Positions 46,967 to 64,000 of a DNA stretch of 64,000 nucleotides are shown here, piece after piece. Positions within the stretch are counted from its first letter, which is position 1. Every line of letters begins with the position of its first letter. Position numbers and translations under genes: made by a program. The notes under the pieces were generated by a model. That model saw nothing but the letters and a program-made list of their open reading frames with translations, searched no databases and was not told where the DNA came from. Source of the stretch: the human T2T-CHM13v2.0 reference genome, Homo sapiens; NCBI RefSeq assembly GCF_009914755.1, contig NC_060934.1. One strand, 5' to 3'.

Positions 46967-48954
46967 CTATTAATTTAAATTTTTAAAAAAAGTCAATGTC
47001 AGACTCAAAACTTATAATAATCTATTATTATATTCTACCTTTCTCTCATTTAATTAAAAAAAACTACTAAATTTGAGATAAAATTCTGCTACCATATAGC
47101 TTATCTGAGAATTCTACTTAAAGCCAGAACTAGAAATTTGGTACTCTCTAGTTTGAAATCCTACCATGATTAATTACAAATTACCAAGTTTGGTAAGTTA
47201 ATAAGGAAACTAAGCATTTGTTGTGCATAAAACTTTAGAATTGTTACTATAAAATATTAGACAGGATGTTTTCCTTAGACGAGTGATAAAATCCAAGTAT
47301 GAGAATGCTATTCAGCTTAGAAAACCATGCATTCTTCCCACATGACAACTGCTACTCCAGGGTTCCTCTATCACCCTTGTTGTAAACTTTATCACAGACA
47401 GTTTTTCCAGTTATGTACTAATTTGGTTTATAAAGATAGGCAGTTATTTTGAAACCTTTTATTTCTTTTACTTCTGGAATTTTTCTAAAAATATTACCAT
47501 TCCCACTTATGCATCTTTTCTTTTGCTACTCCTTCTTTTTGGAATATTATCCTCTTTTATGAAAACCTGCTATTTATAAAATACTATGATGGGAGTGGGA
47601 TGTTAGATGAGTATATTCCTGCTGTGATGTTTACTATCTAGTAAAGGAAGAGAAATGTAACATATGAAGAACTAATTATAATAAAATAATGCATTTATAA
47701 GACAGAGATGAATAAAATGTTATCAGATCATAGAGGAATGCAAACAGAATTCTAAACTAGAGGAAGTGTGAAAGAACTTGAGGAAGAAATGCCATCTGAA
47801 AAGCACCTACAAGTAGGGGTAGTATTTTGAAAGATTAAGAAGAGAGTGAGATTTCAGACAGAGAATATCAATTGAACAAAAAATTAGATATTACAATAAA
47901 TACCAAGTTTCTGAAAATGTATGGCAAGTGGCTCTGAAAAAGAGGAAGGTAAGGTATATTAAAAAAAACACTGTGTGATATGACAAAACTTGGTATGAAG
48001 GGAGGGATACAATGAAAGGAGAGGGCCAGTTTAAAAATGTCTTTGACACCCATTCTAAAGCTATTATTCTACAAGCAATAAAGAGCCACTGAAAAATCTC
48101 TGAGAAAGAAATGGCAGTGGGAAGAAATGTTTGAATTACCATAGTTCTTTGAATATAGTAAGAATTCACAAATTTGGTGACTGATAAATTAGAAATTAAA
48201 CAGCTTGAAACTTAATTTTTTAGTCAACTGAGATGATCAATAAAAATTCAAGAAACTAACAAGGGTATGAGTGAATCAAATAAAAAAGAACCAAAATTTC
48301 ATAGAAAATCGTTTTTGTTTTTGTTTTTTTTAATTTTATGGTCACCTTATTCTAACAGGAACACACTTTGGAAAATGCTTTTCTGTTGTTATCTGGATTT
48401 GTGGAGAGCAACTTTTTTTTTTTTTTTTTGAGATGGAGTCTCACTGTGTCACCCAGGCTGCAGTACAATGGCGTGATCTCAGCTCACTGCAACCTCCACC
48501 TCTCAGGTTCAAGTGATTCTCCTGCCTCAGCCTCCCCGAGTAGCTGGTACTACAGGTACGTGCCACCATGCCTGGCTCATTTTTGTATCTTTAGTAGAGA
48601 CGGGGTTTCACCATGTTGGCCAGGCTTGTCTCTAACTCCTGACCTCCAGTGATCTGCCCGCCTTGGGCTCCAAAAGTGCTGGGATTACAGACGTGAGCCA
48701 CTGTGCCCGGACAGAAAACAGTCTTAAAATTTTCTTGAAAAAATTATGAACATGCAATTTTTTTTGGCAAATTTTATGACAGCAGAATATGGCATCTTTT
48801 GTCAGCTTTGACAAAACCATAAAGAGAATGTTGTGTGTGTGGCAGGGTGGCAAACAAATATACAAGCAAAAAATTTAAAAAATAAAAAAGAGGCCAGGTG
48901 CTGTGGCTCACGCCTGTAATCCCAGCACTTTGGGAGGCTAACGCGGGCAGATCA

Positions 48955-49239
<285 letters not shown>

Positions 49240-49568
49240 CTAATTTATAATATTCAAATTGTTCCCTTCTGGAGTGCCTTACCGTAATACTTATGGATTT
49301 TCTCTTATTTAATTACCAACTAGTCTACTTCTGCCATATCCTCATCTATCAATGGCTTTGCATGTGACTGGATCAGTTATTTAACATCCCTTTTGGCCAG
49401 GTGCAGTGGCTCATGCCTGTAATGCCAGCACTTTGGGAGGCCGAGGCGGGTGGATCATGAGGTCAGGAGTTCGAGACCAGCCTGGCCAAGGTGGTGAAAC
49501 CCCGTCTCTACTAAAAATACAAAAATTAGCTGGGTGTGGTGGCAGGCACCTGTAATCCCAGCTACTCA

Positions 49569-49718
<150 letters not shown>

Positions 49719-50318
49719 TTAATGAAATTGTGCATCTTTTACAAGATTTGCAATTTCATTTTCCAAATAATATTGCAATGCATTTGCATTTGTTTTATCT
49801 ACATCATCCAACAGTGAATAAGACAAGATGGGCAAGGATGAATGTTAGTATGAAATAGAAAGGAATGTACCAGTGGAAATTAATGTTTTTAAGTTTAGTA
49901 GTAATATTCTCATATTACAATAACCTTTTGCTTCTCTAAAGCACTTCTGTAATTGCAGACTCAAAAATGAACACTTGGGTAAAGAGGATGTCTTGTATTT
50001 GTCAATATCTTTAGCATAATGATAAAGTACACAGGTTTAAGTCACAGAGGCTGGTATGCATACTGACTCCCCAAGGTAATGACTGTTTTCAGTGTTCTTC
50101 ATCTGTAAACCAGGGATAATCCCAACCTCACTGGATTGCTGAGGATTAAATGAAATGCATGTACTATGACTAGCTAGCATGTAGTAAATGCTCAATAAAT
50201 GTTAGCTAAAGGGTTCTTTAAGAATTCCATCCATCAAAATAAAGAAAAACCCTAAGACACGGCTGTTAAATAAAAGAGATGATAAATAATCAGGCTAACC
50301 TATGTCCTTCCATCTTAC

Positions 50319-50385
50319 CGTAAAATTAAGACAAAATGTTTCCTCTATGTCATCTTCTGGATAATCCAGTAACTGTTGCATGCTT
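50319..50385 (-). CDS. HERC4: HERC4 exon (67 nt): (R)SMQQLLDYPEDDIEETFCLNFT
   Basis: ttttgcag|A acceptor and ACG|gtaaga donor; continuous frame. Confidence 0.96.
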
Positions 50386-51144
50386 CTGCAAAATAATATA
50401 TATGTTTCTGAGAGGAAAAAATTATTGGATATTTTGACTATTTTACTTATGGATATATATATATATATATACTTCTCATTCCCTCTTGGTAAAATCCTTT
50501 TGTCAATTTGTAATTTTATATTTGTTTCAGAATAGTGAATACACAATGGCAAACTTATAAATGATGCTTAAGGAAAAAAATTAGTAAAAGGTTCTTATCA
50601 CTTTTCTGAATACAAAGGCCATGTATCCAACTATTTTCAACATTTTTCCTTATTTTATTTTATTTTATTTTTCCCGAGATGGAGTCTTGCTCTGTCGCCC
50701 AGGCTGAAGTGCAGTGGCATGATTTTGGCTCACTGCAACCTCTGCCCCCTGGGTTTTTAAAAGCAATTCTCCTGCCTCAGCCAGAGCAGCTGGGATTACA
50801 GGCGACCGCCACCATGCCCGGCTAATTTTTGTATTTTTAGTAGAGACCAGGTTTCACCATGTTGGCCAGGCTGGTCTCGAACTCCTGACCTCGTGATCTG
50901 CCCACCTTGGCCTCCCAAAGTGCTAGGATTACAGGCGTGAGCCACCGCACCTGGCCCATTTGTCCTAACTTATATAAAATTTTTAATGCATTTTATTTAA
51001 TAAAAATAAATTTCACATATTCAAACTAGGAATGAAGGTTATCAGAAGTAAAAGTCCAAATAAATCATTTAACCACTCTCAGAAAAAAAATTTACTTTCC
51101 TAAGGTGATTATCTGATATTTGCAAGGTATTGTCAAACAACTAA

Positions 51145-51333
<189 letters not shown>

Positions 51334-51669
51334 TAGATGGGGTTTCGCCATGTTGGTCATACTAGTCTCGAACTCCTGACCTCCACGCTGGTCTCAAACT
51401 CCTGACCTCAGGTGATCCACCTGCCTCGGTCTCCCAAAATGCTAGGATTACAGGTGTGGGCCACTGGGCCAGCCAAATTTAGTCTTTCAATAGAAAATTT
51501 TGATCTGAGAAACATAATGGATTTTCCTTTATTAGAAGGGCATTTGTTTACTTCAGAAATTTAACAAGAAGAACAAAATATATTTTTTCATAGAAGGAAA
51601 GCTTTCTGTACCTTCCCCACTTTTTACCTCCCAAACCCTACTACTTTTTGACTTTTTTTTCCAACTAAC

Positions 51670-51836
51670 CTCCCAACATCAGGCATTAGTTCTTTCAAAT
51701 CATCCAAGGATGGCTTCTTTTTCAGTAGTTTCTTATATAAAGCCAAAGGAAAATGGAGGTCCACAATGGTACAATTATAAATTGCTAAGCCACAGATAAC
51801 ACCAATCAAATGGAACAAATCACTGTCTTCAAATGT
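51670..51836 (-). CDS. HERC4: HERC4 exon (167 nt): TFEDSDLFHLIGVICGLAIYNCTIVDLHFPLALYKKLLKKKPSLDDLKELMPDVG(R)
   Basis: tttttag|ACA acceptor and AG|gttagt donor. HECT N-lobe GLAIYN/FPLALYKKLL motif. Confidence 0.97.
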
Positions 51837-53257
51837 CTAAAAATATAAGAAAAAGTAAACACATGTCCTCCAAGTTAAAATATTAAATTTTCTAAGATTA
51901 CATAAATATGCTCATATACAATTTTGAAGATAGAGAAAAAAGTAATAAATAACAAAAGTTCATCCTCATTACTGTCTCCCTGGGATAACATCACTGTTAG
52001 TATTTTTGTACATTTCCATGTAGCATATTTTCTCAGACTTAAAAAAAATATATCTAGCTGAAATCGTACTATACATACGACTTTACAACTTTTTCCCAGA
52101 CATAAGCATATTCATGTCATTCGACATTAAGTTAATAGGTGAAATAATTACTATAACTTTTTTTCTGATTTAAAAAGTAATACACATTCGAAATTTGGAA
52201 AACAAAGAAAAAACATAGAAAAGAAAATGAATAAACACCTGTAAACCAATCACTCAGGAATAATGATTAAAAATATTTTGTGTATTTCCACCTATAATAA
52301 GCTCAGAAAAATATTTTTAATACACCGTATTTAAGATTTTATCTCATTTTCTAATTACATGAGTATTATGTCACTAAATGTTCTTCTAAAACACAACTTT
52401 TTTTTTTTTTTTTTTTTTTTTTTGAGATAAAGTCTCCCTCTGTCACCCAGGATGGAGTGCAGTGGTGTGATCTCTGCTCACTGCAACGTATGCCTCCTGG
52501 GTTCAAGAGATTCTCCTGCCTCAGGCACACACCACCACAGCCAGGCTAATTTTTGTATTTTTAGTAGAGACTGGGTTTCACCATATTGGTCAGGCTGATC
52601 TCAAACTCCTGACCTCAGGTGATCTGCTCACGTCAGCCTCCCAAAGTGCTGGGATTACAGGCGTGAGCCACCGTGCCTGGCCAAAACATGACTTTTTAAT
52701 GGCTGCATATTGTATCATAAAAGTACAATGAGTTGCTAAATTTAGCTGTTTTACTCTCCTTGGATGCTTAGATAACTGAAACATACTTACACTACTGACA
52801 CACTGAAAATGTTTATTTTTTTCCCTCATCTTTATAAAAGTAATATGTATTTACAGAAAATTGTGAGCATGATGGTTAAAGAATAAATGTTTTAAATAAG
52901 ACCTGGGCTCCAGCCTGGTTTAGCAGTCTAGCCTCTGTGTTTTCAAAGAAGGTAAATATAGTATTTATCTCATATGGTTGTTGTGAGGATTACATGGGAT
53001 AATATACGTTAAACACTTTTAGCACAGTTCTTGAAACACACACTAAAGGTTCAATAAATGTCAGTTATTCTTCCTAGCTAGTAGTATTAAAAATAAGATG
53101 GACATCTTTTTGCATATTTTTGTCCATAGTTTGAAATATTTCCCTAGGAGAAATTCTACTTCCTAAGGAAGAATTCATAAGTCAAAAGACAGTCAAGCAT
53201 ATTGCTAATCTGTTTTCCTCTACCCCCGTTCCAGTTTGTTTGTTTGTTTGTTTTTGA

Positions 53258-53419
<162 letters not shown>

Positions 53420-54599
53420 TAGAAATGGGGTTTCTCCATGTTGGTCAGGCTGGTCTCGAACCCCTGACCTCAGGTGATCCACCCGCCTCGGCCTCCCAAA
53501 GTGCTGAGATTACAGGCGTGAGATACTGCGCCAGCTCCTGTTCCAGTTTAAACTGCCATTTGCAGTCCAGGAAAATGCTCTACTCTTCACGTTTTCATCT
53601 GTATATATACTCTATGCACACACAAACACATTTTTCTTTTGAGTTTAAAATGACAACTTGCTTTAGTACACATTTCTGACTATTTGTGATACTGAAAATC
53701 AGAGATACATATGTGCTCATGAAATATCTCTCCAGGTACTTTGCCCACTTATCTTTTGGGGGATAATGTTTTTCTTAAGTATTTGTATTTGAATTCTTCA
53801 TATATTAGGAGTATTACTCTGTGTCATATTTGTTACATACAACCCAGCCTGTTACATGCTTTTCAATTTTATGTTTTCTGCTATGCATAAATGTAACAGT
53901 TTTCAGTGGTCAAATTAATCTTTCTGTGCTGTTATGTCTTAATTCTGTTTAAGTTTATAAAGTTCTTAAATAGAGCAGACTGATTAATGTGTTAAATCTT
54001 TCCCCCTCCTAAAACCCTCTAAAAGAGAAGGAGGAAAAATGGTATAAGTCCACAGGAAAAAAGAGAATAAGGGAGGTAAGAGCAATAAAGAGATGTTAAT
54101 AACATTTCAAAATATGAAAAGTAGACAAATGGCTGGTAACTGAATTGGTAAAGCAGAAAAAATTGAAATAGTAACTTACAGCTAATTTGTGCTACAGGCT
54201 CAGGAACTGGACGTACCAATACCCGCAATATCAGAGGTAGCCCAGTTAGCTCAGCTGGTAAACATAAAGACTCTAAAAGGCGGAGGTATTAGAGTGGGGT
54301 TGAAACTAGGATGCTTGGTGGAAAGTCCTTTGCCTTTTTGGAGAGCCTGAACCAGAGGGTCTGGAATCTGAGACAGCTGATAGTTAGGGTGCTGCACTGA
54401 AAACAAAGGGATCAAATGAAGGTCTGTACAGTGAACAAGGAGAATCCTAGCTTCCCTTTCCAGGGTCCAGAACACTACTAAAACACAGACACCCAGGGTT
54501 ACAACCTTTCTTGAAAACCCAAAGGATAAAAAAACCAACATATGCTGACATTTGAGGATTCTCCTTTGACAGGTCCCCACCTAATTATTCTATGGATGG

Positions 54600-57067
54600 G
54601 GCCTGTAGAGTGGGAAAAATTTTGCCTTGTGGCTTGGATGCCAGCACGGCCACAGTAGAACAGAGCACCAGGTAGGTTCCTTAAGGTTTCTGACTCCAAG
54701 CCCTGGCTCTCAGACAGCATTTCTGGACCCAACTGGGACTGAGGGGAACTCTCTGCACTGAAGGGAAGAACACAAGCTTCGCTGGCTTCACCACCTGCTG
54801 ACTGCAGAGCCCTAGGGCCTTAAGCAAACAAAGGCAGTAGCCAGGCAGTGGTTACCATGAGCCTTAGGTGAGACCCAGTGCTGTGCTGGCTTCAGGTCTG
54901 ACCCAGTGCAGTCCCAGTAGTGGTGTCTACAAAGGTGCTGGCTGGTGTCACCCCTCCCCCAGCTCCAGAGAGCTCAGCATAGAAAGACTCTGGGAAAAAG
55001 TGAGGAAAGAGAATAAGAGTCTCTGCCTGATAATCCAGAGGATTCTTCCAAATCTTATCCAAGACCAGGACAGTACCTCTTAGTTTGCAAGAGACACAGT
55101 GATATTGGGCTTGGGGTGCCCCCTAATGCAGATATGGCTGCAATGACCAAAAACTTAGATTACAACACCCAAGTCCCTCTAAATACCTGGAAGGCCTTCC
55201 TAAGAAGGATGAGTACAAATAAAACCAGACTGTGAAGACTACAATAAATACCTAACTCTTCAGTGCCCAGACACCAATGAACATCCACAAACATCACAAC
55301 CACCCAGGAAAACATGACCTCACCAAACGAACTAAATAAGGCACCAGTGACCAATCATGGAGAGACTGAGATATATGACCTTTCAGTCAGACAGAGAATT
55401 CAAAATAGCTGTTTTGAGGAAAAAGAAATCCAAGATAACACAGAAAAGGTACTCAGAATCCTATCAGATAAATTTAACAGAGTAAAATAAAAAGAAGCAG
55501 AAATTCTAGAGTTGAAAAATGCAACTGACATGCTGAAGAATAATGCATCAGTGTCTGTCAACAGTGGAACTGACCAAGAAAAAGAAGCGATTAGTGAGCT
55601 TGAAGACAGGCTATTTCAAAGTACACAATCAGAGGAGCCAAAAGAAAAAACAAGAAAGAATGAAGCACTCCTACAAGATCTAGAGAATCGCCTCAAAAGG
55701 GCAAATCTAAGAGTTATTGGCCTTAAAGAGGGGGTAGAGAAAGAAATGGGATGGAAAGTTTGTTCAAAGAGATAATAACAGTGAACATCCCAAACCTAGG
55801 GAAAGGTATCAATACTCAAGTACAAGAAGGTTACAGAATACAGAGCAAATTTAGCCCAAATAAGACTACTTCAAGATATTTAATAATCAAACTCCCAAAG
55901 GTCAAGGATAAAGAAAGGATCCTGAAAGCAGCAAGAGAAACAACATACAGTGGAGCTCCAGTACATCTAGCAGTAGACTTTTCAATGGAAACCTTACAGG
56001 CCAGGAGAATGGCATGACATATTTACAGTGCTGAAGGAAAAAACTTTTATCCTAGAATAGTATGTATATCCAGTGAAGATATCCTTCAAACATGAAGGGC
56101 AAATAAAGATCTTCCCAGAAAAATAAAAGCTGAGGGATTTTATCAACATGAGACCTGTTCAAGAAGAAAAACTAAATTGAGTTCTTCAGTCTGAAAGAAA
56201 AGAACTTTAATGAGCAATATCATGTGAAGGAGCAAAACTCACTGGTAATAGTAAATACACAGAAAAACAGAATATTATGACACTCTAATTGTGGTGTATA
56301 AACTACCCATATCTTGAGTATAAAGACTAAAACATGAACCAATAAAAAATAATAACTACAGCTACAAGACATAGTGTAGTAAAATAAACAGAAACAACAC
56401 AAAGTTAAAAACCAGGGGAACACAGTTAAAGCATAAAGTTTTTATTAGTTTTCTCTTTGCATGTTAGTTTATGTAATTGGTGTTTACAATATTGGGTTAT
56501 AAGCTATTTGCAAGCCTCATGGTAAACTCAAATCAAAAAACATACGACAGATACACGAAAAATAAAAAAAAAGAAATCAAAACATACCACCAGAGAAAAG
56601 TCACTTTCACAAAAAGGAATGGAATAGGAAGGAAGGAAGGAAGGAAGAAGGAGGAAGGAAGGGCAAAAAACAACCAGAACACATTTAAAAAAGGCAGGAA
56701 TAGCTGGACACTGCTGGCTTACATAGCACTTAGTGAGGCGGAGGTAGGCAGATCACTTGAGCCCAGGAATTTGAGACCAGCCTGGGCAACATGGTGAAAC
56801 TCCATCTCTATACAAAATATAAAAATTGGCCAGGCATGGTGGCACGTGCCTATAGTCCTAGCTGCTTGGTGGCTGAAGTGGGAGGATCACTGGAATCCAG
56901 GAGAGGCTTCAGTGAGTTGTGATCACACCACTGCATTCTAGCCTGGGTGACAGAGCAAGACCCTATGTCCAAAAAAAAAAAAGATGCAAGAGTAACTCCT
57001 TATCAATCAATATAAATGGACTAAACTCTCCAATCAAAAGACACAGACTAGGTAAATGGATAAAACA

Positions 57068-57122
<55 letters not shown>

Positions 57123-57950
57123 GACCCAATGATCTGCTGCCTAGAAGAAACACACTTCACTTGTCAAGACACATATACTGAAAATAAAGAGATGGAAAAA
57201 GATATTCCATGCAAATGTTAACTATTTTGTCTAATACAAGGTATTAGACAAAACAGATGCAAGACAAAAACTATAGAAGAAGACAAAGAAGGTCATTATA
57301 TAATGATAAAGGGGTCAATTAAGCAAGAAGATATAACAATTACAAATATAGGCCAGACGCAGTGGCTCACACCTGTAATCCCAACACTTTGGGAGGCCGA
57401 GGTGGGCGGATCATGAGGTCAAGAGATCGAGACCATCCTGGCCAACATGGTGAAACCTCATCTCTACTAAAAATACAAAAATTAACTGGGCATGGTGGCA
57501 CACACCTGTAGTCCCAGCTACTCGGGAGGCTGAGGCAAGAGAATAGTATGAACCTGGGAGGTAGATGTTGCATTGAGTCAAGATTGAGCCACTGCACTCC
57601 AGCCTGGGTGACAAGGCGAGACTCTGTCTCAAAACAAAACAGAACAAAATTACAAATATAAATATGCACCCATACTGGACTGCCCAGATATATGAAGCAA
57701 ATATTATTACCGCTAAAGAGAGAGAGAGAGACCCCAATACAATAATAGCTGGAGACTTCAACACTCCACTTACAGCACTGGACAGATCATTCTAACAGAA
57801 AATCAATGAAGAAACATTGGACTTAATCTGCACTACAGACCAAATGGATTTAACAGATATTTATAGGACATTTCATCCAGCAGCTGAAGAATACACATTG
57901 TTCTCTACAACATACGGATGGACCATATATGTTAGGCCACAAAACAAGTC
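54600..57950 (+). mobile_element. Old L1 (L1M1/L1PB-class): 5'UTR, decayed ORF1 (~55314-56210), intergenic spacer and ORF2 endonuclease region; Alus inserted at 56703-56982 and 57351-57648
   Basis: ORF1p-like peptides ISELEDRLF...LKRANLRVIGLKE and KVKDKERILKAARE...DFSMETLQARR; endonuclease peptides NINGLNSPIKRHRL, ICCLEETHF and DLTDIYRTFHP. Confidence 0.9.
57071..57120. repeat. (AC)25 microsatellite inside the L1 endonuclease region
   Basis: Read directly from the sequence. Confidence 0.95.
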
Positions 57951-57959
57951 TTTAAAAAA

Positions 57960-60960
<3,001 letters not shown>

Positions 60961-61009
60961 ATACCTTCTCTGAGAGGGTGGTCCAGTATGTCTGAGGTTG
61001 AGCTTTTGA

Positions 61010-61344
<335 letters not shown>

Positions 61345-61379
61345 CTACAGGGGAGATTTAAGTAAATATCTTAAAGATT

Positions 61380-61855
61380 ATGGCAGTAAGGTTTCTCATT
61401 GATGATGAAAGTTATATACATAATATGGAAAGGAAGAAGGCTAGAGTAAATTCTTTGGTGTTTGGATAGAATTAGAAGTATCAGTTTGATTTCACGGTCT
61501 TCAACATATATACAGCTCTAAATATAGATAAGTCTATGGATGCATGTGTGTATACACACATACAGATCCTATTTCTATCAGCTGAAAGAACCCAGTAGAA
61601 CTACTGACTCTCCGGAAGCAAGAAGTACTACACTTAGCACCCAGAGCTTGATTTCTAAATACCATTTTCCACTTAAAGAAGACACGGCTCTTAAGAAAAA
61701 TGCTAATGCCATGGCTGGGGTGGAGAAAACACAAGATAAACCTGGAATGTTTACCGTACCAAATGTAAGGAAATGCTTGAAGAATAATGGGGATATGTCA
61801 GAAGTACACCAAAGAGTAGAGCCGGCTCCAAGGGGCTCTCACCAGCCAAGGTGAG
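61380..61855 (+). mobile_element. L1MC-like 3' region fragment
   Basis: cttagcacccagagcttgatttctaaataccatt...aaggggctctcaccagccaa resembles an L1MC 3'UTR. Confidence 0.55.
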
Positions 61856-62249
61856 ATAGAACTTGAAAGGTCCCAAAGAGATTCATGATAAAGCTTATTA
61901 CAACTGCCCCTCCCTTTGTCTCAAAACATTATCTCTTTAAAACTGACTAAAGGGCAGACAGAACTCTGTGTTTCTAGCAGCACAGCCCCCAACCTCATAT
62001 GCCCTCTCAAATTCTACCTGCTACACCACTACAAACTTCCCTATTTATAAAGAGACCAGTGCCAGGAAGGAGGCTAGGATTTGAGCAGATTGTCCACTTA
62101 CCTCAGAGGCCATTAGGACTAACTCCATCATGTCTTATATGCCTGTTTACAGAACAAATACAAAGCCTCGAAACTCATAGGTTATCCCTAAACCCACATC
62201 CATATGGCATTGTGGGATGCCCTCAAGTCTGACACAATTTTATGACTGT

Positions 62250-63070
62250 CCTTGCTCCACCAAACCCTTTCACTGTTTGTTCTGGAACTCACAATCTACC
62301 ATTTGGAAAACTGCTTGTATCCTAAACTCCAAATTTTTTCCCCTTTTTGTCTAAGGAAACAAGACTGTCTCCTGAGGACACCATTTCCTCTGCAGCTCTC
62401 ACAAATGGTGTCACTTTTCAATCCTTCATATGATTGCGTCTAGAGCTAAGGTAGGTCTCCTTGCTCTTGCTCTTCTGTGTTTCTAGACTTCTTTCCATTT
62501 GCCATCCTAAAATTTCCAACTCCTCTGAAACACGGGCCAACTGACCATATTCCCTGCAACTGTTCCTTGGGCAGTTGTATAAAAAACCTTCCACAATTCC
62601 TTCATTCACAAACTTTGGCACTATCTTATGCTTTCTTTCTCTACCACTATTTCTGCCATCGTTTTTGGCAACTTCAATATCCAGACAAAAAAAAATGCAT
62701 ACAACACACTAGCCTCTCAGTTTCTGGACCTGTCTGTTTCCAACAATCTTGTTCTCCACCACACCTCAATGCCCATACCCATGGTTATATCTTACATTCA
62801 ACTACAACCCTCCAAATCTCAATTTCAAGCATTCCATAACTAACCATTACCTCTGACTTCTTATCTCAGCCCCTCAATACAATTCCACCGTCACAATTTA
62901 TTTATTTGTCCAAACCAAGTCCACACAAAGCTGAAATTCCATAATCCCTCACTATAATAACTCCCTTGCCTTTTACTCCCTTCTGTGTTACATTCACTTG
63001 TTAAAACCAAAACGTGATTAAAATCAACTGTTGCTCTTATCCTTACCTCTATCCAAACAGCTAAACATGA
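62250..63070 (+). mobile_element. L2 ORF fragment (endonuclease region)
   Basis: IVFGNFNI...LASQFLDL peptide in ORF 62628..62843 and C-rich composition typical of L2. Confidence 0.6.
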
Positions 63071-63734
<664 letters not shown>

Positions 63735-64000
63735 TCACTCAGTTTTCTCCAGTGGTAACAGCTTACATAGCCATGGTCAAAACCAGGAAAATTACTTTGG
63801 TATGTAATATATTGCTATCTACATATATATATATATTTAAAGGAGGATAGCCCATACATTTTCAAAAGATCACCCATAGGAAGAGGGGGAAAACAAGGTG
63901 GAGCTTGACTTCTTTTAACACATCTTATTTTGTAGATTTGACTTTGGAACTATGTAGGCATTTTATATTATTGTAAAACTAAATTGAATTTGAACAAGCA

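Noticed and set aside
55512-56017. ORFs resembling L1 ORF1p as a possible domesticated gene
   Set aside because: Broken by frameshifts and stops; an ordinary decayed L1.

Overview
This is human genomic DNA, recognisably the SIRT1/HERC4 locus (chr10q21.3, from memory). The + strand carries SIRT1 exons 4-9 (catalytic sirtuin domain through the C-terminus and a ~1.8 kb 3'UTR), plus an alternative exon in intron 4 (16905-17029) with its own in-frame ATG. The - strand carries the last six exons of HERC4 (C-terminal HECT domain including the catalytic Cys) and its 3'UTR. The two genes converge with a gap of about 3.5 kb. All exon boundaries were derived by hand from GT/AG sites and give continuous reading frames. 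The rest is repeat-dense intron: roughly 60 Alus, old L1/HAL1/L2/MIR fragments, MER/Tigger DNA transposons and an MLT1 LTR. Almost every other ORF in the supplied track is an Alu or L1 shadow ORF. I see no foreign insertion and no convincing new gene system. The most interesting signals are isoform-control architecture (dual poison/alternative-start exon, re-splicing junctions, inverted-Alu-bracketed frame-symmetric exons, a candidate intronic poly(A) that would remove the HECT catalytic Cys, a palindromic bidirectional poly(A) site) and small mutational scars in a mosaic L1 region. Repeat boundaries and subfamily names are approximate and come from recalled consensus sequences.
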